64,000 nucleotides of DNA from Eubacterium sp. (GTDB taxonomy: Bacteria > Bacillota > Clostridia > Lachnospirales > Lachnospiraceae). Positions 29,343 to 39,077 of this stretch are shown one piece after another (the first letter of the stretch is position 1; every line of letters begins with the position of its first letter). The stretch lies in NCBI GenBank assembly GCA_047242425.1, contig JBKTKJ010000001.1, positions 1,529,120-1,593,119 on the forward strand. Reading direction: 5' to 3'. The translations under genes and the position numbers were made by a program. A model generated the notes under the pieces. The model saw nothing but the letters and a program-made list of their open reading frames with translations, ran no database searches and had not been told where the DNA came from.

Positions 29343-30455
29343 TTATTTTATATTGGTAGCTATACACATAATTGCAATGCTTAATATAAAAAGGATACCA
29401 TTGCTTATAATTACTCTTGTCAAAAGCTTTGTTCCATTACAGAGACATCCAAGGCTGTTAATCATTCTTTTATCCGCAACCGGCTGAATAACTGCCGTTA
29501 TTATTTGAAGGGATATGGAATAAAGCTGAATTTTAAAAAAGGGGACGAGACAAATCAATATGATAATTATAATTCCAAAAGTTCCTATTGTGTTTTTAAT
29601 AAGATTGACGGAACCCAGTACAATTCCGGTCATTGCGTCCGTGCCATCCCCTATTACCGGTAAAGTTCCAATCATTTTTCTTATTGTTGTATTTTTCGCT
29701 CCATCCACAGCCGGCAAAACCAGCCCCTGAATAATATTCAGCCCGGTTACAATTCCAATTAATGATCTGTTTATAAATTTAATTAAGTTACAGATCACCT
29801 GTGCTGTTTTCGATAAAAAGTCTTCCTGAGACACATTATTCACCAGACTAATTGCCATGTATACTTTTATTAAAGGAATAATGACTTTTAAAAACACAAA
29901 TTCTGATACACCAATGATAACTAATGTTAACTGATAAAAACCTGCCGCCGATACCTGTCCCATAATTGCCACCGACAAAAAATATGAAGGTATAATCCCT
30001 CCTATAAATTCCAGCAAAAGCTTCACAAAATCAGAAGTTAAAATGCAAAAGGACTCAAACAGAGTTACCATTATGGTTATTGCGACCAGATAACATATAT
30101 AAAATCCGGTATCGGATATGTTATCTTTGGAAAATACGTTGGCAAAATTTGTAAAAAACGCCGACAAAATAATTATTAACAACAGATTTCCAATTGTTTT
30201 TTCCACAAGAGAAATATTTCCAAATGTTTTACTGTACCAGACTTTTGCCGTTTCTTTTACAACCTCAGTTATCTTTCCCTCCATAATTTTTTTGATCATC
30301 TCATTAAAATTTATGTCATCATATCCGCCATTTCTCAAAACTTCACCACTGTCTGACAAATCAAAGTCATCCATGGTAAGCACATCCTCTGCCATAACTG
30401 TACCCGGCAGCAAAAATATCAATAAGATTGTAAAAAGACATATTTTTTTTATCAT
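29343..30455 (-). CDS. spoIIIAE: stage III sporulation protein AE
   Basis: 370 aa polytopic membrane protein with signal-like N-terminus. Operon position. Confidence 0.9.
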   Translation of the reverse strand: MIKKICLFTILLIFLLPGTVMAEDVLTMDDFDLSDSGEVLRNGGYDDINFNEMIKKIMEGKITEVVKETAKVWYSKTFGNISLVEKTIGNLLLIIILSAFFTNFANVFSKDNISDTGFYICYLVAITIMVTLFESFCILTSDFVKLLLEFIGGIIPSYFLSVAIMGQVSAAGFYQLTLVIIGVSEFVFLKVIIPLIKVYMAISLVNNVSQEDFLSKTAQVICNLIKFINRSLIGIVTGLNIIQGLVLPAVDGAKNTTIRKMIGTLPVIGDGTDAMTGIVLGSVNLIKNTIGTFGIIIIILICLVPFFKIQLYSISLQIITAVIQPVADKRMINSLGCLCNGTKLLTRVIISNGILFILSIAIMCIATNIK

Positions 30456-30832
30456 GACAACAAACTTCCTACTGACGAAATCAATTCAACAAACACAGGC
30501 AGACTGATTACCAGAACTGTTAATTTTCCAAAAATCTGTACCTGGTTTGCCACTGCCGTATATCCACAATCCTTGGCAATATCCGAAGAAATTTCAGATA
30601 TAAAAGTTATCCCGGTAATTTTCAACAGTATTTTTATGTATTCCCTGCTAATTGACGTCAATGTCGCCAGCCTGTCCACAATATCCACTATGTCTCCAAT
30701 TCTTGATAAGGAATAAACAAATATGAAAATACATCCTGCTACCGAAATCATTATTCCATATTCAGGTTTGACTGATTTAAATTGAATGGCGAGCAGCACC
30801 ACCGCCATTCCTACAATTCCTACTGCTAACAT
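30452..30832 (-). CDS. spoIIIAD: stage III sporulation protein AD
   Basis: 126 aa, 4 TM. Operon position between AC and AE. Confidence 0.88.
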   Translation of the reverse strand: MLAVGIVGMAVVLLAIQFKSVKPEYGIMISVAGCIFIFVYSLSRIGDIVDIVDRLATLTSISREYIKILLKITGITFISEISSDIAKDCGYTAVANQVQIFGKLTVLVISLPVFVELISSVGSLLS

Positions 30833-30838
30833 AACTTC

Positions 30839-31033
30839 CTATAACTCAAATAATTTCTGAATCGTTTTAAACAGATCATATATGTAGGGAACAATCCACA
30901 TAAGCACCAAAATCAGTCCGGCAAGACTGGTCAGAAAAGCCTGTTCCTCACGCCCGCTATGTTTCAATATTTGTCCTACAACTGATACAATTATTCCCAC
31001 CGCCGCTATTCTAAAAATCAATCCAACTTCCAT
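30839..31033 (-). CDS. spoIIIAC: stage III sporulation protein AC
   Basis: 64 aa, 2 TM (MEVGLIFRIAAVGIIVSVVGQILKHSGREEQAFL). Confidence 0.88.
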   Translation of the reverse strand: MEVGLIFRIAAVGIIVSVVGQILKHSGREEQAFLTSLAGLILVLMWIVPYIYDLFKTIQKLFEL

Positions 31034-31042
31034 ATAACTCCA

Positions 31043-31564
31043 CTAAATAAGCACAATTGCCATAAATACTCCTGCCATAATCCCTAACGTTCTGTACAGT
31101 TTACATTTTTCCCCTCTTGTTTCATTAAGTTCTTTTATTTTCACTCCGATTACATCCATTGTATTTAATATATTATTGATCTGTGTTTCCCTGTCTGTAA
31201 TTCCCAAATTTATTCCTAATTCTTTTATGACACCAATATCTTCCTGTTTTAATGCCGTTTTATTTACAAGAGTTTCTTCTACTCCTTTATCCCACGCTTC
31301 TTTTAAAGAGTTATCACCTTTATTCAATATATTCCAGACCTGTTCTAAAAATTTACCCAATACACTGTCCGTCTGTGAAGCTATCTTTATCATTGCTTCA
31401 TTAATCCCTGAATTATTATATTTAATTTCACCCTTAAGAAGCATAAGCATCTTGTTAAACTGTTCCAGATTTCTTAACCGCATTAAATAGTCATGACTCA
31501 GTGAATACCCGAACCAGATGGAAGCAGTGAGAATTATCCCGATTCCCAGACCTTTTAATAACAT
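31043..31564 (-). CDS. spoIIIAB: stage III sporulation protein AB
   Basis: 173 aa, N- and C-terminal TM with helical cytoplasmic domain. Operon position. Confidence 0.88.
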   Translation of the reverse strand: MLLKGLGIGIILTASIWFGYSLSHDYLMRLRNLEQFNKMLMLLKGEIKYNNSGINEAMIKIASQTDSVLGKFLEQVWNILNKGDNSLKEAWDKGVEETLVNKTALKQEDIGVIKELGINLGITDRETQINNILNTMDVIGVKIKELNETRGEKCKLYRTLGIMAGVFMAIVLI

Positions 31565-32400
31565 ATATATTCTCCTTTACTTTTTATTAAAACCCTTTTG
31601 CGAAAGATCTCATTATATGCATGTCCAAGTTTTTCTTCCGCATTTTTTAAGCTGTCTCCATGTATTGTCGCAATAATCTTCACTCCACTTTGAGATGCAA
31701 AAATCAGTGCTTCCATATCTTCTCTGCCGCCTATTTCATCTACCGCAATAATCTGGGGTGCCATTGACCTGATTGCCATCTTTATCCCACAGGTTTTAGG
31801 GCAGTTGCTTATTACATCTGTCCTCAAACCCAGGTCTATGGTAGGCGTTCCCAGATAACTTCCACTAATCTCATTTCTCTCGTCAATAACACATATGCTT
31901 GTACCACTGATTTTAGTACTGAAAATAGTTATAAGATCTCTTAACAATGTGGTTTTTCCCATTCCTGGAGGTGAAATAATCAGTGTGTTTAATAATTCTC
32001 CTTCTTCCATAAGTTTTTCTGCCACTCCCATACCACATCCTGCTACAGGATGGGAGATTCTGATATTAAGAAACTTAATATTCTTAATGGTAACAATTTG
32101 TCCATTTTCTGAAATTGTTTCTCCTCCGAACCCAATTCTGTGACCACCTGCTACAGTTATATATCCGCATTTAATATTTTGTTCAAATGCATATGCTGAA
32201 TATCCAGTAATTTTATTAAAGGTGTCACGAATCATTTCTTCGCTGACAATCAGCTCATGGCACACTATTTCTTTTTCAAACAAATTAATAATCAATGGCA
32301 TATTCACCCGCAGTCTTATTTGGGTTATTCTTTCAAATTCTGCTTTTTCCAATACTTTGCTATACACTTGTTGTGTAAGTAATTTTTCTAATTTCTTCAA
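31555..32400 (-). CDS. spoIIIAA: stage III sporulation protein AA (secretion-type ATPase)
   Basis: 281 aa. Walker A SPPGMGKTTLLRD, Walker B IIAVDEIG. TTG start with AGGAG 6 nt upstream. Confidence 0.9.
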   Translation of the reverse strand: MKKLEKLLTQQVYSKVLEKAEFERITQIRLRVNMPLIINLFEKEIVCHELIVSEEMIRDTFNKITGYSAYAFEQNIKCGYITVAGGHRIGFGGETISENGQIVTIKNIKFLNIRISHPVAGCGMGVAEKLMEEGELLNTLIISPPGMGKTTLLRDLITIFSTKISGTSICVIDERNEISGSYLGTPTIDLGLRTDVISNCPKTCGIKMAIRSMAPQIIAVDEIGGREDMEALIFASQSGVKIIATIHGDSLKNAEEKLGHAYNEIFRKRVLIKSKGEYICY

Positions 32401-32417
32401 TGCTTACTCCTTATCAA

Positions 32418-32445
32418 AATATATGTAGAATTTACCTGATTATTC
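32418..32445 (-). promoter_or_regulatory. candidate sigma-E-type promoter of the spoIIIA operon
   Basis: Minus strand GAATAAT-13 nt-CATATATT, compared with the Bacillus sigma-E consensus kmATATT / CATACAhT. spoIIIA is sigma-E dependent in Bacillus. Confidence 0.3.
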
Positions 32446-32511
32446 TATTTACTTTTATTTTTTTGTACTGTAAAATTATATTATAAACTAGAAAGAGAAA
32501 GGGGAATCTAT

Positions 32512-33813
32512 ATGAAAACACGAAAGAAAAGAATGATTGTCCTTGCAATTATGATATTATGTATTGGAGCATTCTCTTTTTGCGGCTACACTTTGACTCA
32601 CGCAGGCGAAGCTACGGGAACCGTCGGTTCATACAGTACCAACTCACAAACCGCCAACGATTCCGTCACTTCACAAACCTGCAATCCCGTAAAATCCATA
32701 ACCCTGAACCGTTCTGTACTCAACATAACCAAAGGGAAAAAAGGGGTTCTCAGTGCAGATATCCAATATGGCAGTTTCAAAGATTTACAGAATGAGACTG
32801 TTGTTTGGTCCAGTAAAAATACAGATATTGCAACCGTTTCAAAGAATGGAATTATCAAAGCTGTTAATATAGGAAAAACTTATATCATCTGCAGCAGTCA
32901 AAGTGGTCTGGTAAAAGCCAGATGTAAGGTTGTTGTAAGAGAACCTTATAATTCTGTAAAATCAATAAAATTAGACAAAACTCAAATTCGATTAAATAAA
33001 GGAGATAAAAGAACTTTAACGCCAACCATTACATACGGCAGCAAAAAAACATATACCGCCGAACCTGTTTCTTGGAAAAGTTCTAATAACAAAATTGCAA
33101 CCGTAAATAAAAAAGGAGTCGTAAAAGGTAAATCCAATGGAACTACCTATGTAACTATCAAATCTAACTTCACTAATAAATCCGTGAAGTGCAAGGTAAT
33201 TGTTCAAAAGACCAAATATGTTGCTTTTACCTTTGATGATGGTCCGGGGATATATACCAATAACCTTTTGGATTCTTTAGAAAAATATCATTGTCAGGCA
33301 ACGTTTTTTGTTTTAGGAAACAGAGTTAATTCCTACAAAAACGAATTGAAGCGCGCATACAAACTGGGGATGGAAATAGGAAGTCATACATATAGCCACA
33401 AAAATTTAAAGACGCTTTCCAAATCAGACATTAAAAGTGAAATAACCAAAACAAATAAAGCTGTATCTGATATTATCGGAGCAAAACCTACACTGCTTCG
33501 TCCACCATATGGTAATTATAATAAAACGGTAAGTAAAAATGCCGGCGTTCCAATGATCTACTGGACTGTGGATACCTTAGACTGGAAATACAAAAAGACA
33601 AAATATGTATGTGATACGATTCTGAAGCAGACCAAAGACTCTGAAATAATACTATTGCATGACATTCATGAAACCACAGTAAAAGGTTTTACTAAAGCCC
33701 TTCCAAAACTTCGAAAAAAAGGCTTTGAACTGGTAACTGTCAGCGAATTATACAGTATTAAGGGAAAGAAACTGAAAAAAGGAGTTATGTATTACGGACC
33801 AGAAAATGATTAA
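32512..33813 (+). CDS. polysaccharide deacetylase (NodB homology) with two Big_2-like domains
   Basis: 433 aa. Signal/TM, two repeats (VKSI.L....L.KG....L...I.YGS...WSS.N..IATV.K.G..K), then FTFDDGPG, SHTYSHKNL, LRPPYG. Confidence 0.88.
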   Translation: MKTRKKRMIVLAIMILCIGAFSFCGYTLTHAGEATGTVGSYSTNSQTANDSVTSQTCNPVKSITLNRSVLNITKGKKGVLSADIQYGSFKDLQNETVVWSSKNTDIATVSKNGIIKAVNIGKTYIICSSQSGLVKARCKVVVREPYNSVKSIKLDKTQIRLNKGDKRTLTPTITYGSKKTYTAEPVSWKSSNNKIATVNKKGVVKGKSNGTTYVTIKSNFTNKSVKCKVIVQKTKYVAFTFDDGPGIYTNNLLDSLEKYHCQATFFVLGNRVNSYKNELKRAYKLGMEIGSHTYSHKNLKTLSKSDIKSEITKTNKAVSDIIGAKPTLLRPPYGNYNKTVSKNAGVPMIYWTVDTLDWKYKKTKYVCDTILKQTKDSEIILLHDIHETTVKGFTKALPKLRKKGFELVTVSELYSIKGKKLKKGVMYYGPEND

Positions 33814-33824
33814 TCATAATCCAC

Positions 33825-33856
33825 AAAAAAGAAGACCTTTCAGGTCTTCTTTTTTG
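33825..33856. terminator. bidirectional terminator (deacetylase / ABC ATPase convergent)
   Basis: aaaaaagaagacct-ttc-aggtcttctttttt. Confidence 0.75.
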
Positions 33857-33913
33857 TACAAGTAAACCGGTACAACACCGGATAAATCATAATCTATTTC
33901 TCTTTGCTCTTTT

Positions 33914-34669
33914 TTATAAAATCTTGGACAGGAACAATCTGGTTCTGTCATTTTGGGGATGATCAAAAATTTCTGTCGGAGTTCCTTCTTCAATAATTTT
34001 TCCTTCGTCCATAAATATTACTCTGGATGCAACCTCTCTGGCAAATCCCATTTCATGTGTAACAACTACCATTGTCATTCCCTGCTTTGCAAGATCTTTC
34101 ATTACATTCAGAACTTCTCCTACCATTTCCGGGTCAAGGGCTGATGTGGGCTCATCAAAAAGCATAACATCCGGATCCATACAAAGCGATCTTGCAATAG
34201 CGACTCTCTGCTTCTGTCCACCTGATAATTGTGCCGGATAGGCTCCTGCCCTATCCTCCAGATTGACCACCTTAAGAAGTTCCATTGCTTTCTTTTCAGC
34301 CTCTTCTTTTGACTTTTTTAATAACTTCATCGGTGCTATTGTCATATTCTTCAGAATAGTCATATGAGGAAAAAGATTAAAATGCTGAAAAACCATTCCC
34401 ATCTTCTGTCTGTGTTTATTAATATTCACTTTTTTATCAGTAATATCGACTCCTTCAAAAGTAATTACCCCTTCTGTTGGAATTTCCAACAAATTAAGAG
34501 CTCTTAGCATTGTAGATTTACCACTTCCGGAAGGTCCGATAATAACTACCACTTCGCCGGATTCAATGTTAAGACTTACACCATCCAGCGCTTTTATGGC
34601 GCCACCTTTATAATATTTTTTTACGTTTTCAACAACAATAAGAGGTGAATTTATATTATCTTTCATCAT
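33914..34669 (-). CDS. amino acid ABC transporter ATP-binding protein
   Basis: 251 aa, GlnQ/PAAT type. [35 protein letters not shown]. Confidence 0.93.
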   Translation of the reverse strand: MMKDNINSPLIVVENVKKYYKGGAIKALDGVSLNIESGEVVVIIGPSGSGKSTMLRALNLLEIPTEGVITFEGVDITDKKVNINKHRQKMGMVFQHFNLFPHMTILKNMTIAPMKLLKKSKEEAEKKAMELLKVVNLEDRAGAYPAQLSGGQKQRVAIARSLCMDPDVMLFDEPTSALDPEMVGEVLNVMKDLAKQGMTMVVVTHEMGFAREVASRVIFMDEGKIIEEGTPTEIFDHPQNDRTRLFLSKIL

Positions 34670-35384
34670 TTCTCAGCCTCCTTTCAAGTATACCTACAAG
34701 CCACGTAAAGAACATGACCATAATAAGATAAATCAATGCCACTGATATCAATGGGAAAAAGGCTTTATATGTTGCTGACCTTATTATATCTCCGCCTTTT
34801 GTCAACTCTGCAATTCCAACATAGCCTGCTACTGATGTCTCTTTTAACAAGACAATAAATTCATTTGCCAATGTGGGCAAAACATTTTTAAACGCCTGCG
34901 GAATAATAACATATAACATGGTCTGAACATAGTTAAATCCCAGACTTCTCCCAGCCTCAAATTGTCCGGCATCTATGGACATAATTCCACTTCTAAAAAT
35001 CTCCGCCACATAAGCACCGGAATTAATACCGAAAGCAATTGAAGCAACAATCAAATCATTATCCATCCATACCAGAACAATGTAATACATAATCATAATC
35101 TGTACTACAACAGGCGTCCCCCTGAAAATCGTCAGATAAATCTTAGCTATTAAGTTTAAAATCCAGACTATGACTTTTCCCACCCCTCTTGGCATTGCAC
35201 TATACTGCTTGTCATATGTAGATCTGATAATTGCCACTAAAGCACCGATTACAATACCAATGATTAAAGCAAAAAAAGTGATTTTTAAAGTCCATACAAC
35301 ACCATCGGAAAGATATTTCCATCGATTATCCGTTATGAATGTTTCATTTATATTATTCTGTAAATCATTAATCCAATTTTGCAT
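34656..35384 (-). CDS. amino acid ABC transporter permease (HisMQ type)
   Basis: 242 aa with EAA-like loop ([20 protein letters not shown]). Confidence 0.9.
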   Translation of the reverse strand: MQNWINDLQNNINETFITDNRWKYLSDGVVWTLKITFFALIIGIVIGALVAIIRSTYDKQYSAMPRGVGKVIVWILNLIAKIYLTIFRGTPVVVQIMIMYYIVLVWMDNDLIVASIAFGINSGAYVAEIFRSGIMSIDAGQFEAGRSLGFNYVQTMLYVIIPQAFKNVLPTLANEFIVLLKETSVAGYVGIAELTKGGDIIRSATYKAFFPLISVALIYLIMVMFFTWLVGILERRLRNDER

Positions 35385-35444
35385 TTTATCCTCACATCAT
35401 ATAGAAAAAGGCTGTCGGAATCCAACAGCCTATAAACTAATCAA

Positions 35445-36227
35445 TTATTCAGCCTTTATGTATTTATCTAAAATAGACTGGATTGTTCCATCTTCTTTCA
35501 GTTCTTTTAAAGCTTTGTTAATAGAATCTTTTAACTCAGTATTGCCCTTCTTGATTGCAATAGCATAATCTTCCGTTACATATTCTGTATCAAGAATCTT
35601 AAGACCTTCATTCGCCTTTACAAATTCTTTTGCCGGCTGATTGTCAATTACTACACAATCGATCTTGCCTGAAGATAATGCTGCAACTGCATCTGCTCCC
35701 TTAGGATATCTCTTAACTGTGCCCAGTTTTTTCTTTTCAATATCAGAAGTACAGTAGATATCACCTGTAGTACCTGTCTGAACACCGACTGTGTTATTAG
35801 CACCTTTCTTTGTTAAATCATCTGCTGTCTTTATATCGGAATCATCCTTAACAATAACAACCTGAACACCTGTTGCATAGGAATCAGAGAAATCAACATT
35901 CTTCTCTCTATCAGGTGTAACGGTCATACCTGCAATACCAACGTCTGCCTTGCCTGTATCTACCGCTGTAATAATTGAATCAAAATTCATATCTTTGATT
36001 TCCAGTTCCATATCAAGCTTATCAGCTATAGCTGCCGCAATTTCAGCATCAATACCTACGATTTCATTTCCTTCGTGATACTCATAAGGTGGAAACTCAG
36101 CATTTGTTGCCATAACCAATTTTTCTTTACTTTCCTTGCTCTCTTCACTTGTTTCCTTGCTTCCACATGCACTAAGCATTGTTACTGACAAGGCTAAAAC
36201 CATTATTAATGAAATAATCTTTTTCAT
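35445..36227 (-). CDS. amino acid ABC transporter substrate-binding lipoprotein
   Basis: 260 aa. Lipobox LSAC-GS, SBP_bac_3 pattern (FPPYEY, GIDAEIA, IAGMTVTPDREKNVDFS). Confidence 0.9.
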   Translation of the reverse strand: MKKIISLIMVLALSVTMLSACGSKETSEESKESKEKLVMATNAEFPPYEYHEGNEIVGIDAEIAAAIADKLDMELEIKDMNFDSIITAVDTGKADVGIAGMTVTPDREKNVDFSDSYATGVQVVIVKDDSDIKTADDLTKKGANNTVGVQTGTTGDIYCTSDIEKKKLGTVKRYPKGADAVAALSSGKIDCVVIDNQPAKEFVKANEGLKILDTEYVTEDYAIAIKKGNTELKDSINKALKELKEDGTIQSILDKYIKAE

Positions 36228-36307
36228 AATATTGTTATCCTCCTATTTTTACATTTGTTTTGATGAAACACAACCTCTGTTGCAGTGCTCCTTTGCAAAC
36301 TATGAAT

Positions 36308-36336
36308 ATTATACAAACTTTTAAATTTAATTGCAA
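36308..36336 (-). promoter_or_regulatory. sigma-A promoter (extended -10) of the amino-acid ABC operon
   Basis: Minus strand TTGCAA-17 nt (ending TG)-TATAAT, about 80 nt upstream of the ATG at 36227. Confidence 0.5.
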
Positions 36337-36454
36337 TACTTTAATAACCTTACAAAATTTTGTAAAAACTTTATATTTTAACCTGTATCTTAAGGAAAAA
36401 CGTTAAGCTACATACTTGTAAATGATATTTCATAAAAACTCTTTAAACATAATA

Positions 36455-36480
36455 AATGCGACCAGAAAACTGGTCGCATT
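36455..36480 (-). terminator. terminator after surface protein gene
   Basis: aatgcgaccag-aaaa-ctggtcgcatt, perfect 11-bp stem, 20 nt downstream of the stop at 36501. Confidence 0.7.
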
Positions 36481-36500
36481 ACCATAATTTTTTTAATTAT

Positions 36501-37589
36501 TTATGTTTCGTCCTTGATCCATGTTGCATAATAAATCGCATCTCCTGTCGGTGTATAGTTTCCAGTGATTCCGCTTGTAGCTGTGCTGCTTTCTGACCAT
36601 CCCTGAAATGTATATCCACTCCTTGTCGGTGTTGGCAACGCAAAGTTATATCCACTTGCTGTTATCACATACTCCGGTTCTACATTTCCACCATTTGCAT
36701 TGAATGTTGTTTTATAAAATGTTTTACTTATGGCTGTTGATACATTTCCCGCTGCATCTTTTACCAGAAGATAATATGTACCGGCAGATAATACAGTTTC
36801 ATCTACATAAACAGATGTTGCAGGTGTCACAGGTATATAATCATCATCTGACGGATTACTGTTTGTCCCCCAATAGTATCCTGCCACATTCGCAGTATCG
36901 CTCAACACTAGCTGGACCAACTGACTTGTTGTCACATTATTATGAGGTCTTATTTCGCCTGTTGGTGCTGTAACGTCTTCCCATATTGCATACAATGTTT
37001 TGTCCCGATCTGCTTTAAACATTGTTGTAGTGCCATATGATGCCGTTTTATCTTCTGACCATCCTCTAAGAACATATCCAGTCCTCGTTGATTGTGGAAC
37101 TCCACATATCTTTCCTCTCTGTGCCATAAGGCAAGTAGGTGTAGAACTTCCATCGTTCAAATCAAACATTATTTGACTATAGGTCATACTATATATCGGA
37201 GATAGATTTCCACTTGTATCTATTACCTGCATATAATATGTTCCTCCTCCGATTACAGCAGCAGCAAGCGTAGTTACCGTTGGTTTACCTGCTTGATGGC
37301 CCGGTTCCAGTTCAACGAACCTTAAGTTTGTTGGACGTGTTCCCCAATAATATCCAGCTACACCCACATCATCATTCAATGTTAAACTAATAAGTGGGTA
37401 AATCATACCACTATATGTGGCTGTTGCCATAGAACCTGTTGGTGCTGTAGTATCAGGATTTGTGGAAGTTATTTGAGTATCTCCATTTACCACCGCTGCC
37501 TTTGCCTCTGCACTGCATACCGATAACATCACCATCATCATTGCCAGCGCAAGTGTTGTTGAAATGATTTTTTTTAATTGTTTTCTCAT
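36501..37589 (-). CDS. secreted protein with two InlB B-repeat (Listeria-Bacteroides repeat) modules
   Basis: ORF track 36501..37661. ATG at 37587-37589 (MRKQLKKIISTTLALAMMMVMLSVCSAEA signal peptide) has a GGGGGG SD. Two tandem modules each end in TR(T/S)GY.(L/F).GWSE. Confidence 0.75.
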   Translation of the reverse strand: MRKQLKKIISTTLALAMMMVMLSVCSAEAKAAVVNGDTQITSTNPDTTAPTGSMATATYSGMIYPLISLTLNDDVGVAGYYWGTRPTNLRFVELEPGHQAGKPTVTTLAAAVIGGGTYYMQVIDTSGNLSPIYSMTYSQIMFDLNDGSSTPTCLMAQRGKICGVPQSTRTGYVLRGWSEDKTASYGTTTMFKADRDKTLYAIWEDVTAPTGEIRPHNNVTTSQLVQLVLSDTANVAGYYWGTNSNPSDDDYIPVTPATSVYVDETVLSAGTYYLLVKDAAGNVSTAISKTFYKTTFNANGGNVEPEYVITASGYNFALPTPTRSGYTFQGWSESSTATSGITGNYTPTGDAIYYATWIKDET

Positions 37590-37798
37590 TCCTGTTCCCC
37601 CCTTTTCTTTTTTGTTATAACTTAGTATTTGCAAAGTAAAAATCAATTTGGTAATTACCAATATAACTGTTTAAAATTATTGCAAATAAATTATACCTTA
37701 TTTCTATATTTAAATACAGCACTGAAATATTGCTTTTGAAACAATTTAGACCATTTTTGTCCTTGTGTGTTTATTTTCGTTTTGTATATATAAATACA

Positions 37799-38347
37799 CT
37801 ATTTTGCCGGTATATATTTCTTTATCATTAATGTTACACCACAAGCTAGTGCAAACAAATAACCATTTCTCAACTCAGAGAAATATCCTTTCCAACCGTC
37901 ATCTCCCGCAGAAATAACCTCTGGCAGGAGTTTGAATGCGTCAATGAAATTTACATCTATATAATTTTTCAGTTCTCGATAACATACTATTGTACATGAT
38001 AAATGATGTGCAGCCAGCACCATCAATAACGATATGATACTACAAATAATAATGCCTTTCTTATCAAGCGTGTGACCAAGTATTTTATATCCCTTAATCG
38101 CAAAGAAAACAATTAACCATCCTGCTATCTCTGCCATGTTTCCCGAAAGATAAATAATAATCCACACACCTACACCCAAAAGTGAACCAATAAGTGCACC
38201 AATAATACCTGTTATCACATTAGATGATTCTTTCACTTCCAAATTTCCATATCCCTTTTCATCTGTCACATCAGCATTTGTTTCTGATGCATTATTGTTT
38301 TCTAAAACTTGTGTTTCTTTATCGACTGTCTTTTCTTCTAAATTCAT
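37799..38347 (-). CDS. hypothetical membrane protein (acidic N-terminus, about 4 TM)
   Basis: 182 aa with no family recognised; hydrophobic segments are clear. Confidence 0.5.
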   Translation of the reverse strand: MNLEEKTVDKETQVLENNNASETNADVTDEKGYGNLEVKESSNVITGIIGALIGSLLGVGVWIIIYLSGNMAEIAGWLIVFFAIKGYKILGHTLDKKGIIICSIISLLMVLAAHHLSCTIVCYRELKNYIDVNFIDAFKLLPEVISAGDDGWKGYFSELRNGYLFALACGVTLMIKKYIPAK

Positions 38348-38499
38348 ATTATTTCTCCCTTTGTATTTCCGCAGTCATCGTAAATGCTTTTTCCAACCTA
38401 CCACACACTTTTTAGGTCTTCCTGACTGTTTCTATAAGTATATCATATTTCCAATTATATAACAATTATTCATCAGTTTTTCCAGCTAAACACTGACCC

Positions 38500-38516
38500 T
38501 ATTTATGATATGGCTG
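38500..38516. repeat. direct repeat copy 1 (distal att-like site): TATTTATGATATGGCTG
   Basis: Exact 17-bp copy of 40755-40771, which is the rlmH stop plus its last five codons. Lies 12 nt beyond the GNAT stop. Confidence 0.85.
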
Positions 38517-38528
38517 TGCATATCATAC

Positions 38529-39050
38529 CTATATGAGGTTTGTGTATGCTCTGCTCTCCCATTCTTCCCTCAACATGGAATAACATAAAGTATCACTTTT
38601 ATCTCGGGCATGTTTTCTGAGTCTACCTTCAAAAGTAAATGAGCATTTTTCTAAAACGCGAATACTTCTTTTATTGTGTGACCTCACCCACGCAGCAATT
38701 ACCCCAAAATTTTGTTCTCTAAAACCGTAATCTATCATACGATTCAAGGCTTGAGTTGCATATCCTTTATTACGATATTGATACTTTATTGCATATTCTA
38801 ATTCCATATAACCATCATAACGGTTCATATCTCCAATATGAACAAATCCTGCCAGGCAATTATCCTCTTTACTAACAATCACTTTATAGTTATTATTATT
38901 CTTCCACTGTTTTATAACATTATGACTATCTTCAACAGATTCAAAACCATGTATTCCACTTTTTCTCAAGTCATCATCCAGACACATTTCGTATAAAGTA
39001 AAGGCATCACCCTCTTGCCAGTTTCTTAATATCAAATCTTCTGTTTCCAT
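38529..39050 (-). CDS. GNAT family N-acetyltransferase (RimJ/RimL-like)
   Basis: 173 aa. LILRNWQEGD..., acetyl-CoA motif YRNKGYATQALNRMIDYGF. Confidence 0.85.
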   Translation of the reverse strand: METEDLILRNWQEGDAFTLYEMCLDDDLRKSGIHGFESVEDSHNVIKQWKNNNNYKVIVSKEDNCLAGFVHIGDMNRYDGYMELEYAIKYQYRNKGYATQALNRMIDYGFREQNFGVIAAWVRSHNKRSIRVLEKCSFTFEGRLRKHARDKSDTLCYSMLREEWESRAYTNLI

Positions 39051-39077
39051 AGTTGGTCTCCTTACATCATATCTTTT

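Noticed and set aside
36499-36515. Possible degenerate third copy of the rlmH att repeat (TATTTATGTTTCGTCCT, 11 of 17 matches)
   Set aside because: Only the first 8 bases match contiguously, and they coincide with a stop-codon context (…ACATAAATAA). This is too weak to extend the island to 36.5 kb.
38505-38526. 8-bp inverted repeat ATGATATG-gctgtg-CATATCAT overlapping the distal direct repeat
   Set aside because: Short and AT-rich. It may be a weak terminator for the GNAT gene or a chance feature. It is not present at the rlmH-proximal copy.
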